From contig JBGAKX010000004.1 in assembly GCA_044224215.1 (NCBI GenBank), positions 7,709 through 71,708 on the forward strand: 64,000 nucleotides of DNA, written 5' to 3'. The position numbers and the translations under genes were made by a program. Within the stretch, counting starts at the first letter, position 1; each line of letters starts with the position of its first letter. Shown piece after piece: positions 11,241-21,660 of the stretch. The stretch comes from Blastocatellia bacterium. GTDB lineage: Bacteria > Acidobacteriota > Blastocatellia > UBA7656 > JADIYM01. The notes under the pieces were generated by a model, which did no database searches, was not told the DNA's origin, and worked only from the letters and a program-made list of their open reading frames with translations.

Positions 11241-12107
11241 GTGGTGCGTCGTCTTCTGATTGCCGTGGCGATGTGTGCGTGCTGTCTTGCCGCGGGCGAG
11301 GCACGCGCCCAGTCAGCGTCGCCGTCGGCCGTCCAGGGGCAGATGGAAGCCACCGGAACCACCGAGGTCGACGTCGCGCCGGTTCCTCAGACCGACCAGG
11401 ATTCGAACGGGGACGACGCGCCAGCCGTGTTCGAGCAGATCAACGATGCGCGTCCGGCGGACCCCGCTCCGGAGGACGCTTCGCGCCTGAACGCGAACGG
11501 GGTTGATCCCCGATTTGCGGTCGAGACGCTGACGAATGCCGTCCTGAGTGCGAATGGCGCCGTATGGGACCCGACGCTTGGCGGGCTGACGACGGGCGAT
11601 CCGGTGATCGATCGCTACATCATCGAAGCCGGACAGCGCCACGGTGTCGATCCGAAACTCGTCCACGCGGTGATGAACCAGGAATCGAGGTTCAAGAAGA
11701 ACGCCGTGTCGCCAAAGGGCGCGAGCGGCTACATGCAGCTCATGCCGGGGACCGCGAAGCGGTTTGGCGTGACGGACATCTTCGACCCCAAGCAGAACAT
11801 CGACGCGGGCACGCGCTACCTGAGGTTCCTGCTGGACCTTTTCAACAACAACGTCGAGCTTGCGCTTGCGGCGTACAACGCCGGCGAGTACCGCGTGATC
11901 CGCGAGGGGTATCGCGTGCCGCAGATTCGCGAGACGCAGAACTACGTCGCGTCGATTACTTCGCGGTACTACGGAAAGACGAAACGGAAGTACCTCGTGA
12001 CGTATGGAAAGTCGTCGATGGACGACCGCGAGCGCGACGAAATCCGCGTGCAGGCACAATCGACGTACGACGACCGCGGGACCGAGGTCTTCTCGAACAA
12101 CTTCTAG
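11241..12107 (+). CDS. Lytic transglycosylase (SLT/GH23 domain), secreted
   Basis: GGAGG then GTG; signal peptide; VMNQESRF catalytic Glu, GASGYMQLMPGT, LAAYNAG. Confidence 0.9.
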   Translation: MVRRLLIAVAMCACCLAAGEARAQSASPSAVQGQMEATGTTEVDVAPVPQTDQDSNGDDAPAVFEQINDARPADPAPEDASRLNANGVDPRFAVETLTNAVLSANGAVWDPTLGGLTTGDPVIDRYIIEAGQRHGVDPKLVHAVMNQESRFKKNAVSPKGASGYMQLMPGTAKRFGVTDIFDPKQNIDAGTRYLRFLLDLFNNNVELALAAYNAGEYRVIREGYRVPQIRETQNYVASITSRYYGKTKRKYLVTYGKSSMDDRERDEIRVQAQSTYDDRGTEVFSNNF

Positions 12108-12168
12108 CTCGTTGCCGGACTTCGAATCCGGCGTTGCACACTGTCCGCCCCCTGTCGGAGTCATCTGT

Positions 12169-13974
12169 TTGAGGATCACGCGCCACCGAATTCCGGCGGT
12201 TCTCCTCACGCTCGTTGTGGGGCTGTGGGCGAGCGTCGGAACGTCGCTGCACGCCGCTCGCGTCGAAGAGCACGACCGCACGCTTCCCGAGCGCATCTAC
12301 GCGAGCGCCGCGAGCGAGGAAGCTGCGCTCAAGCAGCGCGCGTTCGAGGATCGCTCGCCCGACGACTATCCGCGCGTGATCGACCTCTATCGCCAGGTCA
12401 CGCAGGCGTCGACCGTCGCCGAGCTTCGCGACCGGGCCGAAATGCGAATGGCCGATCTGACACGCGAAATGGCGCTCAGGACCGGCGACGCGGCACAGTT
12501 CGTCGAATCGATCGATCTCTACCGGCGGCTGGTCATCAACAGCCCCGACAGCCCGTATCTCGGCGAAGCGCTGACGGCGATCGCCGACATCTATGAGCGG
12601 CAGATCCAGGACGTCGACGGCGCGATGGCGGCGTATCGCGAGATCGCCCGCCGTTTCCCGCATTCCGTATCGGGTCGCGAGGCGGACGCGAATCTCGCGC
12701 GGCTCGATCCGAGCATGTCCGGCGGCGACACGGGAACCGACATCATCGGGACGGTGACGACGCCCGGCGCCGAGATTGCCGTGGTCACCAGCGCCGACAC
12801 GCCGGTTGCTGGACGTGTCGTCAACATCCGCTCGTTCGCCGGTCCGGACTACGCTCGAATCGTCGTCGACCTCAACCGCGGCATTCAGTACAACGAGAAA
12901 CGCGACGGCACGCGCGTCAGCTACCACCTTCCGGGAGTCGAGCTGTCGCAGACGCTTGTCGGCCGCCGGCTGTCGACGCCGCGCGGCAGCATCCTGCGCG
13001 GGATGCAGGTGCAGCAGATGGGCGACGGTGTGGACATCTCGCTCGATCTCGCAAAGCTCGACTCGGCGTCGGCGTTCATGATGGACGATCCCTCGAGGTT
13101 GATCATCGACCTTCGCGGCGGCGGCGCACGGCTGCCCGGCGATCTCGCGCCGCGCTCCGCGTCACCCGGCGGACCCGTTTCACTCGATGCGGCAGGTCTC
13201 GACGTCGCGGGTCTCGCGCCCTCGCGCGGTGCGCAGCCCGACATTCCCGCTCCGCCGGCGCCACTTGCGCCCGGGCTCTCGCCCGGGCCCTCGGGCGCGC
13301 CCCGCGAAGCGCGCGGACCCGTGCGGTGCATCGTGCTCGACCCGGGCCACGGCGGGCAGGACACGGGCACGATCGGACCGGGAGGGCTCGCGGAGAAGGA
13401 CGTCTGTCTCGACATCGCGCGTCGCCTGCGCGCGTCACTGCGCGCGGAATTGCCTGGCGTCGAGATCATCATGACTCGGGACAGCGACCGGTTCGTGTCG
13501 CTCGAAGAGCGCACCGCGATCGCGAATGCGCGCAACGCCGACCTGTTCATCTCGGTCCACGCGAACGCCAGCCAGCAGTCGTCGGCGAGCGGTGTCGAGA
13601 CGTTCGTGCTCGATCCGTCGGCGGCGCCCCAGGCGGCGCAGCCTGCAAAGGAGAAGGACCCGTCGCAGGCGTACGCGCGCGTGACGTTCGCGTCCCAGTT
13701 CGCCGAGTCGCGGGCGCTTGCCGGCTACGTCCAGGGGAGCCTCGTTCGCGGAATCAGCGCGAAGAGCCCGAGCTCGGCAAAGGACCGTGGCATCAAGCAC
13801 GCGTCGTTTGCCGTGCTGCGCGGCGCGCGCATGCCGAGCATCCTCGCCGAGGTGTCGTTCGTGTCGAACCCCGACGACGAAAACAGGTTGAGGACGCCGG
13901 CGTTCCGGCAGAAGATTGCAGCGTCGTTGACGGCCGGAATTCGCGGTTACGTGCGAGCCGTCGGCTCGTCCTGA
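12169..13974 (+). CDS. N-acetylmuramoyl-L-alanine amidase (TPR-like region + AMIN + Amidase_3)
   Basis: GGAG then TTG start; VLDPGHGG, EKDVCL, SLEERTAIAN, FISVHAN, ILAEVSF; AMIN-like YARIVVDL...PSRLIIDL. Confidence 0.9.
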   Translation: MRITRHRIPAVLLTLVVGLWASVGTSLHAARVEEHDRTLPERIYASAASEEAALKQRAFEDRSPDDYPRVIDLYRQVTQASTVAELRDRAEMRMADLTREMALRTGDAAQFVESIDLYRRLVINSPDSPYLGEALTAIADIYERQIQDVDGAMAAYREIARRFPHSVSGREADANLARLDPSMSGGDTGTDIIGTVTTPGAEIAVVTSADTPVAGRVVNIRSFAGPDYARIVVDLNRGIQYNEKRDGTRVSYHLPGVELSQTLVGRRLSTPRGSILRGMQVQQMGDGVDISLDLAKLDSASAFMMDDPSRLIIDLRGGGARLPGDLAPRSASPGGPVSLDAAGLDVAGLAPSRGAQPDIPAPPAPLAPGLSPGPSGAPREARGPVRCIVLDPGHGGQDTGTIGPGGLAEKDVCLDIARRLRASLRAELPGVEIIMTRDSDRFVSLEERTAIANARNADLFISVHANASQQSSASGVETFVLDPSAAPQAAQPAKEKDPSQAYARVTFASQFAESRALAGYVQGSLVRGISAKSPSSAKDRGIKHASFAVLRGARMPSILAEVSFVSNPDDENRLRTPAFRQKIAASLTAGIRGYVRAVGSS

Positions 13975-14001
13975 TCGTCGCGCCACGAGGAGTCCCCAGA
14001 C

Positions 14002-14382
14002 ATGGAAAGCAACGCAAGCCCGGTCCGCGTGCGGTTGAGCGACGCGCTCTTTACGACGATCCGCGCGGCCGTCGAAACGGATGCCAGCCACCAGCGCAGG
14101 ATCATTCTCTACACGTCGTTCGGCGTCGTGCGCGGAACGGTCTCGGCCGCCGCGTTCGGCGAGACGAACCGGATGGCGGACACCCGCCTCGAGAACACCA
14201 GCCGCGTCGTGATCGATCCGGATGTGATCGAGCTCGAGCAGTGCACGGTCGAGCACTCGTCGAATCATCTTCCGACAGGGATGTTCGACCGCCTGTTCGT
14301 GCGCGTCGACGACGTCCGCGGCTTTGCGATCGACGATGGCTCGGGCGGCTGGCAGAAGGACAGGGCCGCGGATTCGCGCTGA
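14002..14382 (+). CDS. Hypothetical protein, possible Sm/LSm-like fold
   Basis: GAGGAG RBS; beta-strand pattern ILYTSFGVVRGTV...IELEQCTVE...LFVRVDDVRGFAI. Confidence 0.7.
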   Translation: MESNASPVRVRLSDALFTTIRAAVETDASHQRRIILYTSFGVVRGTVSAAAFGETNRMADTRLENTSRVVIDPDVIELEQCTVEHSSNHLPTGMFDRLFVRVDDVRGFAIDDGSGGWQKDRAADSR

Positions 14383-14397
14383 CCGGCGGCGTGTCCC

Positions 14398-15099
14398 TTA
14401 AGCGTCGGTCCGCTCGAGCGCGTTCTCGACCAGCAGTCCCTTCTCGAGGTGCAGCTGGCGCTTGGCAAAGCCGGCGGCGTGCGGATCGTGCGTCACCATC
14501 ACGATCGTCTTGTTCAGCTGCTGGTTGAGCGTCGCCAGGATCGTCATCACCTCTTCACCGCTTCGCGCGTCGAGGTTGCCCGTAGGCTCGTCGGCAAGAA
14601 TGATGTCCGGGTCCACGACGATCGCCCGTGCGATCGCGACGCGCTGCTCCTGTCCGCCCGAGAGCTGCTTGGGCCGGTGATCCATCCGATCCGACAGCCC
14701 CACGAGCTCGAGCGCCGTGTCGACGCTTCGCTTGCGGTCGGACTTGGAGAGCCCTGTCAGGAGCAGCGGCAGCTCCACGTTCTCGAACGCTGTCAGCACC
14801 GGAATCAGGTTGAACGACTGGAAGATGTACCCGACGTGCCGGTTGCGCCACTGCGCGAGCTGGCTTTCGCTCAGGTTGCCGAGGTTCGTATCCATCACCG
14901 ACACGTCGCCCGAGGTCGGCCGGTCGATCCCCGCGACAAGGTTGAGCAGCGTGGACTTCCCCGATCCCGACGGCCCCATCAGCGCAAGAAACTCGCCGCG
15001 TGGAATGTCGAGGTCGACATTGTCCAGCGCAAGGACCTCGAACTTGTCGCGCGTATACAGCTTTGTCACGCCCCGCAGCCTGCCAACCAGATCACTCAT
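14398..15099 (-). CDS. MacB/LolD-type ABC transporter ATP-binding protein
   Basis: [31 protein letters not shown]. Confidence 0.93.
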   Translation of the reverse strand: MSDLVGRLRGVTKLYTRDKFEVLALDNVDLDIPRGEFLALMGPSGSGKSTLLNLVAGIDRPTSGDVSVMDTNLGNLSESQLAQWRNRHVGYIFQSFNLIPVLTAFENVELPLLLTGLSKSDRKRSVDTALELVGLSDRMDHRPKQLSGGQEQRVAIARAIVVDPDIILADEPTGNLDARSGEEVMTILATLNQQLNKTIVMVTHDPHAAGFAKRQLHLEKGLLVENALERTDA

Positions 15100-15114
15100 A
15101 GACCCCTCGCATCC

Positions 15115-16482
15115 TTATTGACCTTCGATCCGCACATGGTCGCCGTCGCCGAGCGACTCGGCATTCTTCGTCACGACGCGCTCGCCGCCCGCCAGTCCGT
15201 CCAGGACGTAGAACCGGTCGCCGGACGCCTCACCCTTCCGAATCGTCCGCATCTCGACCCGATCGCCCTTCACGACGAACACAAAATCGCTTCCGCCGCG
15301 CGACACGACCGCAGCGGCAGGCACCAGGACGCGTGACACGGCCTGCGTCGCTTCTGGCGCCTTCTGCTGCGGAGCCAGAAAATTCACGCGAGCGTTCATC
15401 TCGGGCCGCAACTGCTCGTCGGGATTCTCGACCTTGACCTTTATCTGCACCGTCGCCTTTGCGCGATTCGCCTCGGGCGCGATCTCTTCGATGAAGCCCT
15501 TGTAGCGCAGGTTCGGATACGCCTCGGGGATGATCTCTGCCGGCTGGTCCATCTTCAGCTTCGAGAAGTCCGCCTGGCTGATGTCGAGCTCGATCTGGAG
15601 ATCGTTGAGGTCGGCGAGCGAAACGACCGCCGTCCGCGTTCCGCTGTCGCCGAACGCGGACGGGCTGACCATCTCGCCCAGTTCGACGATGCGCTGCAGC
15701 ACCGTTCCCGTCACAGGCGCCGTGATAACGGTGTTGGCAAGCTGTGTCTCGGCGTACGCCAGTGCAGCCTTCATCTGGTCGACCTCGGCCGCGGCTGCGC
15801 GCACCTGCTCCTCTCGCGGTCCAAGGTCCGTCAGCTTGCTCGACTCGCGGGCCGTTTCGAGCTGCGATCGCGCGACATCGCGCCGGGCCTGCGCGCGATC
15901 GAACTCGGCCTTTGACGTCACGCCGGCGCGATACAGCTGTTCGACGCGACCGAACTCGAGCTCGGCGTCGCGCAGGTTCGCCTCGGCCTGCGAGACCGTC
16001 GCGCGGTCGCGTTGCTTCTCCTGAGGACGCGAGCCCGACTTCAGCTCGTCGAGTCGCGCTTGGGCGAGCGCGACGTTTGCGCGTGCCTGCGCGACCTGCG
16101 TGCGAAACTCGCTGTCCTCAAGCCGGACGAGCACCTGGCCCTTCTCCACCTTGTCGCCCTTGTCGACGCCGATCCACTCGACGCGGCCGAGGACCTTTGA
16201 GCCGACCGCGATGCGGTGCGCCGCGACAACATACCCGCTTACGGTGAGCACGGTGTCGCCCGCCGCGGCGCCGCCGGACTCGACCGTGACATCGGCCACC
16301 GTGACCGTTCGCGACCTGTTTAGAAAGAGGTACGCCGACACCGCCACCACGGCGACCACGATGGACAACCCGAGCAGCGCCATGCGCGGCACGCCCTGCT
16401 TGTTGTTGCCCGAGCCGCCCGGCGAGCGGTCGATCCGCAGGCTCTTCAGACGCTCGTCAAGTGATCTGTTGTCGACAGCCAT
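15115..16482 (-). CDS. Efflux periplasmic adaptor (MacA/HlyD-type membrane fusion protein)
   Basis: N-terminal TM, lipoyl-like GDKVEKGQVLVRL, long coiled hairpin, ITAPVTGTV, GLAGGERVV. Confidence 0.9.
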   Translation of the reverse strand: MAVDNRSLDERLKSLRIDRSPGGSGNNKQGVPRMALLGLSIVVAVVAVSAYLFLNRSRTVTVADVTVESGGAAAGDTVLTVSGYVVAAHRIAVGSKVLGRVEWIGVDKGDKVEKGQVLVRLEDSEFRTQVAQARANVALAQARLDELKSGSRPQEKQRDRATVSQAEANLRDAELEFGRVEQLYRAGVTSKAEFDRAQARRDVARSQLETARESSKLTDLGPREEQVRAAAAEVDQMKAALAYAETQLANTVITAPVTGTVLQRIVELGEMVSPSAFGDSGTRTAVVSLADLNDLQIELDISQADFSKLKMDQPAEIIPEAYPNLRYKGFIEEIAPEANRAKATVQIKVKVENPDEQLRPEMNARVNFLAPQQKAPEATQAVSRVLVPAAAVVSRGGSDFVFVVKGDRVEMRTIRKGEASGDRFYVLDGLAGGERVVTKNAESLGDGDHVRIEGQ

Positions 16483-16522
16483 GACTCCCTTTTCCGGTCG
16501 GGCCGCGCGCCCGGCTGCTCAG

Positions 16523-17686
16523 CTACGACTCGCGCAAGGCATCGACGATCTTGTAACGCGACGCCCGTATGGACGGAAGCAGGGAGCCGAGCAGCCCGAT
16601 CCCGCCTCCGAATATGAGTCCCGCGAACATCAACGACGGCGTCAACCTGAAGTTGAACGCGATCTCGCTGAATGTCTGGAAATTGCTCGTGCCCGTCGAG
16701 ACGAGGTTGAGCGGCAACGCGAGCAGAATCCCGATCGCGACGCCGAGCAGCGCGATCGCCACGGACTCGAGCACGAATGACACGAGGATGCTGATTCGAC
16801 CAAAACCGAGAACGCGCAGCGTTCCGATCTCTCTCGTGCGGTTGGCGACCGTTGCGTACATCGTGTTCATCCCGGCAAACCCCGCGCCGATCGCCATGAT
16901 GAGCGCAATGAACGTGCCGAGACCCTTGATCGCACCCGACGTCGGTCCCTGCTGATCCTCGTACCACTTCAGCTCGGATACGGCCTTGAGCTGCAGTCGC
17001 TGATCATCGGTGATCCGCTTGGACAGCGCCTCGAGCGCCGCCTGATCTTTCGCCCGCAACAGCACCGACGAGTACGACGGTCGGTTCATCGCGTTCTTGA
17101 GGGCATTTCCGTCGACCCAGATCTCGGACTCGAACGCCTTGCCGCCGGCGTCAAAGATCCCGACGACGGTAAACTCGGACGCCTGGATCTTGAACTTGTC
17201 GCCGATGCCGAGCGCCTGGAACCTGTCGGCGATACGCTGCGACACGATCGCTTCGGCAAGCCCGGGCGTGAACGTGCGGCCTTCGACGATCTTGAACCCG
17301 GAACGGAGCTCGTTCGACTTCGGGCCGACGCCGCGGATCGTCACATTCGAGCCCTGTGCCTGGCCCTTCCGGGCGCGATAGATCAGCGTGATCGCCTCGG
17401 GCGCAACCATCGGCTCGCCATTCGCCGTTGCGACGCCGTCGAGAAACTTGATCGTGTCGAGGTTCTCCTGGCTCACATCGCTCGTGAGCTCCGCTGTGCT
17501 GCCGTTGCGAACGACGATCAGGTTCAGCGGCTCGCCGCTCGACGACAGGGTCATGTCGATGCCCTGCGCGAGCGCCATCACCATCAGGAACACGGCCACG
17601 GTGATTCCGATGCTGAGCGCCGTCGAGATCGTCGTCCCCTTGCGGACAAAGATGTTCCGAATGTTGTACTTCAGCGGAAGCGCCAT
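16523..17686 (-). CDS. ABC transporter permease (MacB/FtsX family)
   Basis: MALPLKYNIRN start coupled (TAATG) to the upstream permease; NRTREIGTLRVLGF. Confidence 0.9.
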   Translation of the reverse strand: MALPLKYNIRNIFVRKGTTISTALSIGITVAVFLMVMALAQGIDMTLSSSGEPLNLIVVRNGSTAELTSDVSQENLDTIKFLDGVATANGEPMVAPEAITLIYRARKGQAQGSNVTIRGVGPKSNELRSGFKIVEGRTFTPGLAEAIVSQRIADRFQALGIGDKFKIQASEFTVVGIFDAGGKAFESEIWVDGNALKNAMNRPSYSSVLLRAKDQAALEALSKRITDDQRLQLKAVSELKWYEDQQGPTSGAIKGLGTFIALIMAIGAGFAGMNTMYATVANRTREIGTLRVLGFGRISILVSFVLESVAIALLGVAIGILLALPLNLVSTGTSNFQTFSEIAFNFRLTPSLMFAGLIFGGGIGLLGSLLPSIRASRYKIVDALRES

Positions 17687-18825
17687 TACTCGACCCTTCG
17701 GAGCGCTTCCGCGATCGTCATGTTCGACACGCGGAACGCGGAATACGCGACACTGAAGACACCGACGAGCACGGCTCCCACGAACGCGGCGACAAGCGTC
17801 TGTGTATCGGGCCTGAACGACATGAAGTTCGGAATGTAGAGGCTGAGGTCGACCATGTTGAACGCCAGCGCCGCCCCGCCGATGCCGACAAAGGCGCCAA
17901 TCAACGCGAGGACGAGTGCCTCGCCGACGAACAGCATCGCAATCGTGCCGCGCTGGAACCCGAGCGCCTTGAGCGTGCCCACCTCGCGCGTGCGCTCGCG
18001 AACGGTCATCGCCATCGAACTGCCCATCACGAGCAGCAGCGAGAACGTGATCGCGCCGATGATGCCGTACATGAACTGCTTCACGCCGCCGAGCATCGTC
18101 TCGAAGCTGATCGCGAATTCGCGCTCGGTCTCGGTCTTCGTGGGAGCGTCCGTGTTGACGAACATCGCGTCGACCGCCTGGGCGATCTTCGGCACGTCGT
18201 CGACGGTCTTTGCCACGATGCCGAGCGTGCCGACCCTGTCCTTGGCATACGACGGGTTCAGTTCGTTGAAGTAGTCGTAGTGAAAGAACAGCGTCTTCTC
18301 GTCGGATCCGGTATAAATCCCGGTGATGTAGAGCTCGACCTCGGTGTTGTAGATCGGGCTCTTGAGCGTGATCCTCTGGCCCTCGGTAAAGTTGTAGAGC
18401 TTGGCGAGCTTTGCACCGACGATCGCGCCTTGCCGGTTCTTCACGAACGCGTCCCACTGGGCGTCGGACATGACCAGCTCGGGCTGATATTCACGAAGCG
18501 TCTTGTCGTCGACGGCGAACTGGGCAAAGAAATTCTTCTCGTCGATGTAGACGCCCCCGTACCAGCAGTACGGCGTCGCCAGCTTGACGCCCGGGACGGC
18601 AGCGACCTTGTCACGATACGCGTAGGGGAAATCGAACGTGAGCGAGACGGCGTGCCGCGACACCAGTCGGAGCGGATTCGCCGAGGCGCTTCCGCGATGC
18701 AACTCCGTGAGGACCGTCGCGAGCGTGATGATGAGGAACAGCGACACCGCAAGGCTCGAGACGGTCAGTAGCGTGCGACGCTTGTTTCGAAGGATGTTCT
18801 TGAAGATCAGCTTCCCGTACTTCAT
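17686..18825 (-). CDS. ABC transporter permease (MacB/FtsX family)
   Basis: KNILRNKRRTLLT, ERTREVGTLKALGF, four-TM FtsX layout. Confidence 0.9.
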   Translation of the reverse strand: MKYGKLIFKNILRNKRRTLLTVSSLAVSLFLIITLATVLTELHRGSASANPLRLVSRHAVSLTFDFPYAYRDKVAAVPGVKLATPYCWYGGVYIDEKNFFAQFAVDDKTLREYQPELVMSDAQWDAFVKNRQGAIVGAKLAKLYNFTEGQRITLKSPIYNTEVELYITGIYTGSDEKTLFFHYDYFNELNPSYAKDRVGTLGIVAKTVDDVPKIAQAVDAMFVNTDAPTKTETEREFAISFETMLGGVKQFMYGIIGAITFSLLLVMGSSMAMTVRERTREVGTLKALGFQRGTIAMLFVGEALVLALIGAFVGIGGAALAFNMVDLSLYIPNFMSFRPDTQTLVAAFVGAVLVGVFSVAYSAFRVSNMTIAEALRRVE

Positions 18826-18983
18826 GCAGTCCCTCCGTCAGCCCACACAAAGCGAACGCACCGCCGGCGGATCGCTTACGAACGGTCCTACGTGCCCCCC
18901 CGGAAACAGGCGCAAGTGTGACCGGATTTGCGCGGTGTCGCAAGTGCGGCCCGGACGGTGCGCGACACCGCCCAACCCCGAAT

Positions 18984-19069
18984 CGGAGCTGAGTGCGGTA
19001 GCGCTCAGGCCCCAACGTCAAACGGCGAAACTCGGGTTCTCCCCCGATCCCTCACGGGATCGGCTCTGC
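18984..19069. repeat. Inverted doublet of REP-like palindromes, family C
   Basis: 19044-19069 CCGATCCC-TCAC-GGGATCGG-CTCTGC; degenerate partner at 18984-19008 (CGGAG-CTGAGTGC-GGTA-GCGCTCAG). Confidence 0.7.
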
Positions 19070-19142
19070 GTGTCCGCGCACTCATATTCGACGCGATCTG
19101 CTGTGATATGCTGCGTCGGTTTCGGATCGGACGCGACACTGC

Positions 19143-19811
19143 ATGAAACGCCTTGTCATCGCCATCGACGGACCCACGGCAGCCGGCAAGAGCACGGCCG
19201 GACGTTCGCTTGCGGCGAAACTCGGGTACGTCTACATCGACTCCGGCGCGATGTATCGGGCGGTCGGATGGAAGGCGATCGCCGATGGCGTGGCGCTCGA
19301 CGACGACGCCGCGTTGACCGCGCTCGCGTCGCGAATCCGGATCGGACTCGGCGGCGATCCTCAGCGACCAACCGTGACGGTTGACGGCCGCGACGTCACG
19401 GCGCTCATCCGGACGCCAGCCGTCGACGCGGCAGCTTCGCGGGTCTCGGTCGTGCCGGGCGTTCGCGCGGCGATGGTCGCGCAGCAGCAGGAGCTCGGCC
19501 GCGACGGCGGCGTCGTCATGGACGGCCGCGACATCGGGACGCACGTCTTCCCGGACGCGGACGTGAAGTTCTTTCTGGTCGCGGATCCGTCAGAGCGCGC
19601 GCGCCGTCGCCACGACGAGAACGTCGCGCGTGGCCGCGACGAGTCGCTCGACACGACTCGCGCCGCGATCGACGAGCGCGACCATCGCGACACGACGCGC
19701 GACGCCGCTCCGCTCCGCACGGCGGACGATTCGGTCTCCATCGACACGACGTCCCTTTCGCCTGACGCGCTCGTGGCCCGCATGCTTGAAATAGTGGAGT
19801 CCCGCCGGTAG
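19143..19811 (+). CDS. cmk: Cytidylate kinase
   Basis: IAIDGPTAAGKST, YIDSGAMYRAV, VMDGRDIGTHVFPDADVKFFL, ERDHRD. Confidence 0.96.
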   Translation: MKRLVIAIDGPTAAGKSTAGRSLAAKLGYVYIDSGAMYRAVGWKAIADGVALDDDAALTALASRIRIGLGGDPQRPTVTVDGRDVTALIRTPAVDAAASRVSVVPGVRAAMVAQQQELGRDGGVVMDGRDIGTHVFPDADVKFFLVADPSERARRRHDENVARGRDESLDTTRAAIDERDHRDTTRDAAPLRTADDSVSIDTTSLSPDALVARMLEIVESRR

Positions 19812-19844
19812 ACTCACATGTCCGCAGAAGGCGTGGAAACTCCA

Positions 19845-20477
19845 ATGTTTACGGGGATCATCGAAGAGATCGGCCGCATCCGGCGCATCGCGCCAGCCGC
19901 CGGCGGCGCGCGCATCGAGGTCGAAGCGGCTCGCACGCTCGAGGGCGCGCGAGAGGGTGACTCGATCGCGACCGACGGTGTGTGTCTGACCGCCGTCCGG
20001 CTGTCCTCCGGATCGTTCGAAGCTGATTGCTCGGCCGAGACGCTCAGACTGACCTCGATCGGCGGCATGCGCGCCGGGGACCGCGTCAATCTCGAGCGGG
20101 CGCTTGCGCTCGGCGACCGCCTCGGCGGACATCTCGTGCAGGGCCACGTTGAAGGCGTCGGTCGCTTTGTCGGCCGCCGGCCCGAGGGCGAATCGCAGAT
20201 GTTGCGGTTCGAGTATCCCGCCGAGCTCGGACGCTACCTCGTGCACAAGGGCTCGATCGCGGTGAGCGGCATCAGCCTGACCGTCGCGGCGCTCGACGAT
20301 CGATGGTTCGAGGTCGCGGTGATACCGGTCACGCTCGAGCGGACGACGCTCGGCGCGATGGAGATTGGCGCGCGTGTCAATCTCGAGACGGACATGATCG
20401 CGAAGTATGTCGAAAGCCTGCTGAAGGCCGGTTTTTCGGATCTCGTGACGCGGCGACCGGCGAACTCACTATGCTAG
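19845..20477 (+). CDS. ribE: Riboflavin synthase (alpha chain)
   Basis: [11 protein letters not shown]-terminus, [46 protein letters not shown]. Confidence 0.96.
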   Translation: MFTGIIEEIGRIRRIAPAAGGARIEVEAARTLEGAREGDSIATDGVCLTAVRLSSGSFEADCSAETLRLTSIGGMRAGDRVNLERALALGDRLGGHLVQGHVEGVGRFVGRRPEGESQMLRFEYPAELGRYLVHKGSIAVSGISLTVAALDDRWFEVAVIPVTLERTTLGAMEIGARVNLETDMIAKYVESLLKAGFSDLVTRRPANSLC

Positions 20478-21652
20478 CGACAATCGAAGAAGCGATTGAA
20501 GACATCAGGAACGGTCGCGTGGTGATCGTCGTCGACGACGAGGACCGCGAGAACGAGGGCGACCTCGTGTGCGCCGCCGAGAAGATCACGCCCGAGATCA
20601 TCAATTTCATGGCGCGCGAAGGCCGCGGCCTGATCTGTCTTCCGCTCACGCAGGAGCGGCTCGACACGCTGCAGATTCCGCTGCAAGTGCCCGATCCCGA
20701 GAACACGTCCGGATTCGGGACGGCGTTCTGCGTGTCGATCGAGGCGCGGCGCGGCGTGACCACCGGCATTTCGGCGGCGGATCGCGCGACGACGATCCTG
20801 ACTGCCGTCGATTCGCACACGCGGCCCGGCGACCTTGCGCGCCCCGGCCACGTGTTCCCGCTGCGCGCGCGCGACGGCGGCGTCCTTGTCCGTCCGGGGC
20901 AGACCGAGGCGTCGGTCGACCTCGCGCGCATCGCCGGTCTCGCTCCGGCGGCGGTGATCTGCGAAGTCATGAACGACGACGGCACGATGGCGCGGCTTCC
21001 ACAGTTGCGCGAGTTCGCGGATCGTCGCGACCTGAAGATCATCTCGGTGGCGGACCTGATCGCCTACCGGATGAAGACCGAAGTGCTCGTGCGCCGTGTT
21101 GCCGAGGCCGATGTGCCGACGCCGTACGGTGTGTTTCACGGTGTCGCCTTTGAGAACACGATCAACGGCGATGTCCATCTGGCGATGCACAAGGGACCGA
21201 TTTCACCTGAGCCAACGTTGGTCCGTGTGCATACGCAATGTCTGCTCGGCGATGTGTTCGGCAGCCTGCATGACAAGGCGGGCTGGCAGCTCTACCGATC
21301 GCTCGAGATGATCGCGGACGAGGGTCGCGGCGTGCTGCTCTATCTCGATCTTCGCGAGCGCAGCCACGAGCTCGTGCAGCATCTGAAGTCGTACGCCAGT
21401 TACGATCCCGCCGTCGCACCCGGTGCGCAGGCTGGGGCCGAGGTGCACGGCGATGCACGCGAGTATGGTATCGGGGCGCAGATCCTCCATGCGCTCGGTC
21501 TCCGAAAGATTCGGATTCTCTCGAACCATCCGCGAAAGCTCGCGGGTGTCGAAGGGTTCGAAATCGAAGTGGTCGATTTTGTTCCAATCGAGCGGCGCGA
21601 GGGATCAGAACACAACGTTCCGGATTTCAAGCAGCATCTGACTGAGGTCTGA
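20471..21652 (+). CDS. ribBA: Bifunctional DHBP synthase / GTP cyclohydrolase II-like protein (GCH II domain looks degenerate)
   Basis: [44 protein letters not shown]; the GCH II part reads [20 protein letters not shown] and lacks the RCDC motif. Confidence 0.9.
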   Translation: MLATIEEAIEDIRNGRVVIVVDDEDRENEGDLVCAAEKITPEIINFMAREGRGLICLPLTQERLDTLQIPLQVPDPENTSGFGTAFCVSIEARRGVTTGISAADRATTILTAVDSHTRPGDLARPGHVFPLRARDGGVLVRPGQTEASVDLARIAGLAPAAVICEVMNDDGTMARLPQLREFADRRDLKIISVADLIAYRMKTEVLVRRVAEADVPTPYGVFHGVAFENTINGDVHLAMHKGPISPEPTLVRVHTQCLLGDVFGSLHDKAGWQLYRSLEMIADEGRGVLLYLDLRERSHELVQHLKSYASYDPAVAPGAQAGAEVHGDAREYGIGAQILHALGLRKIRILSNHPRKLAGVEGFEIEVVDFVPIERREGSEHNVPDFKQHLTEV

Positions 21653-21660
21653 CACACACC

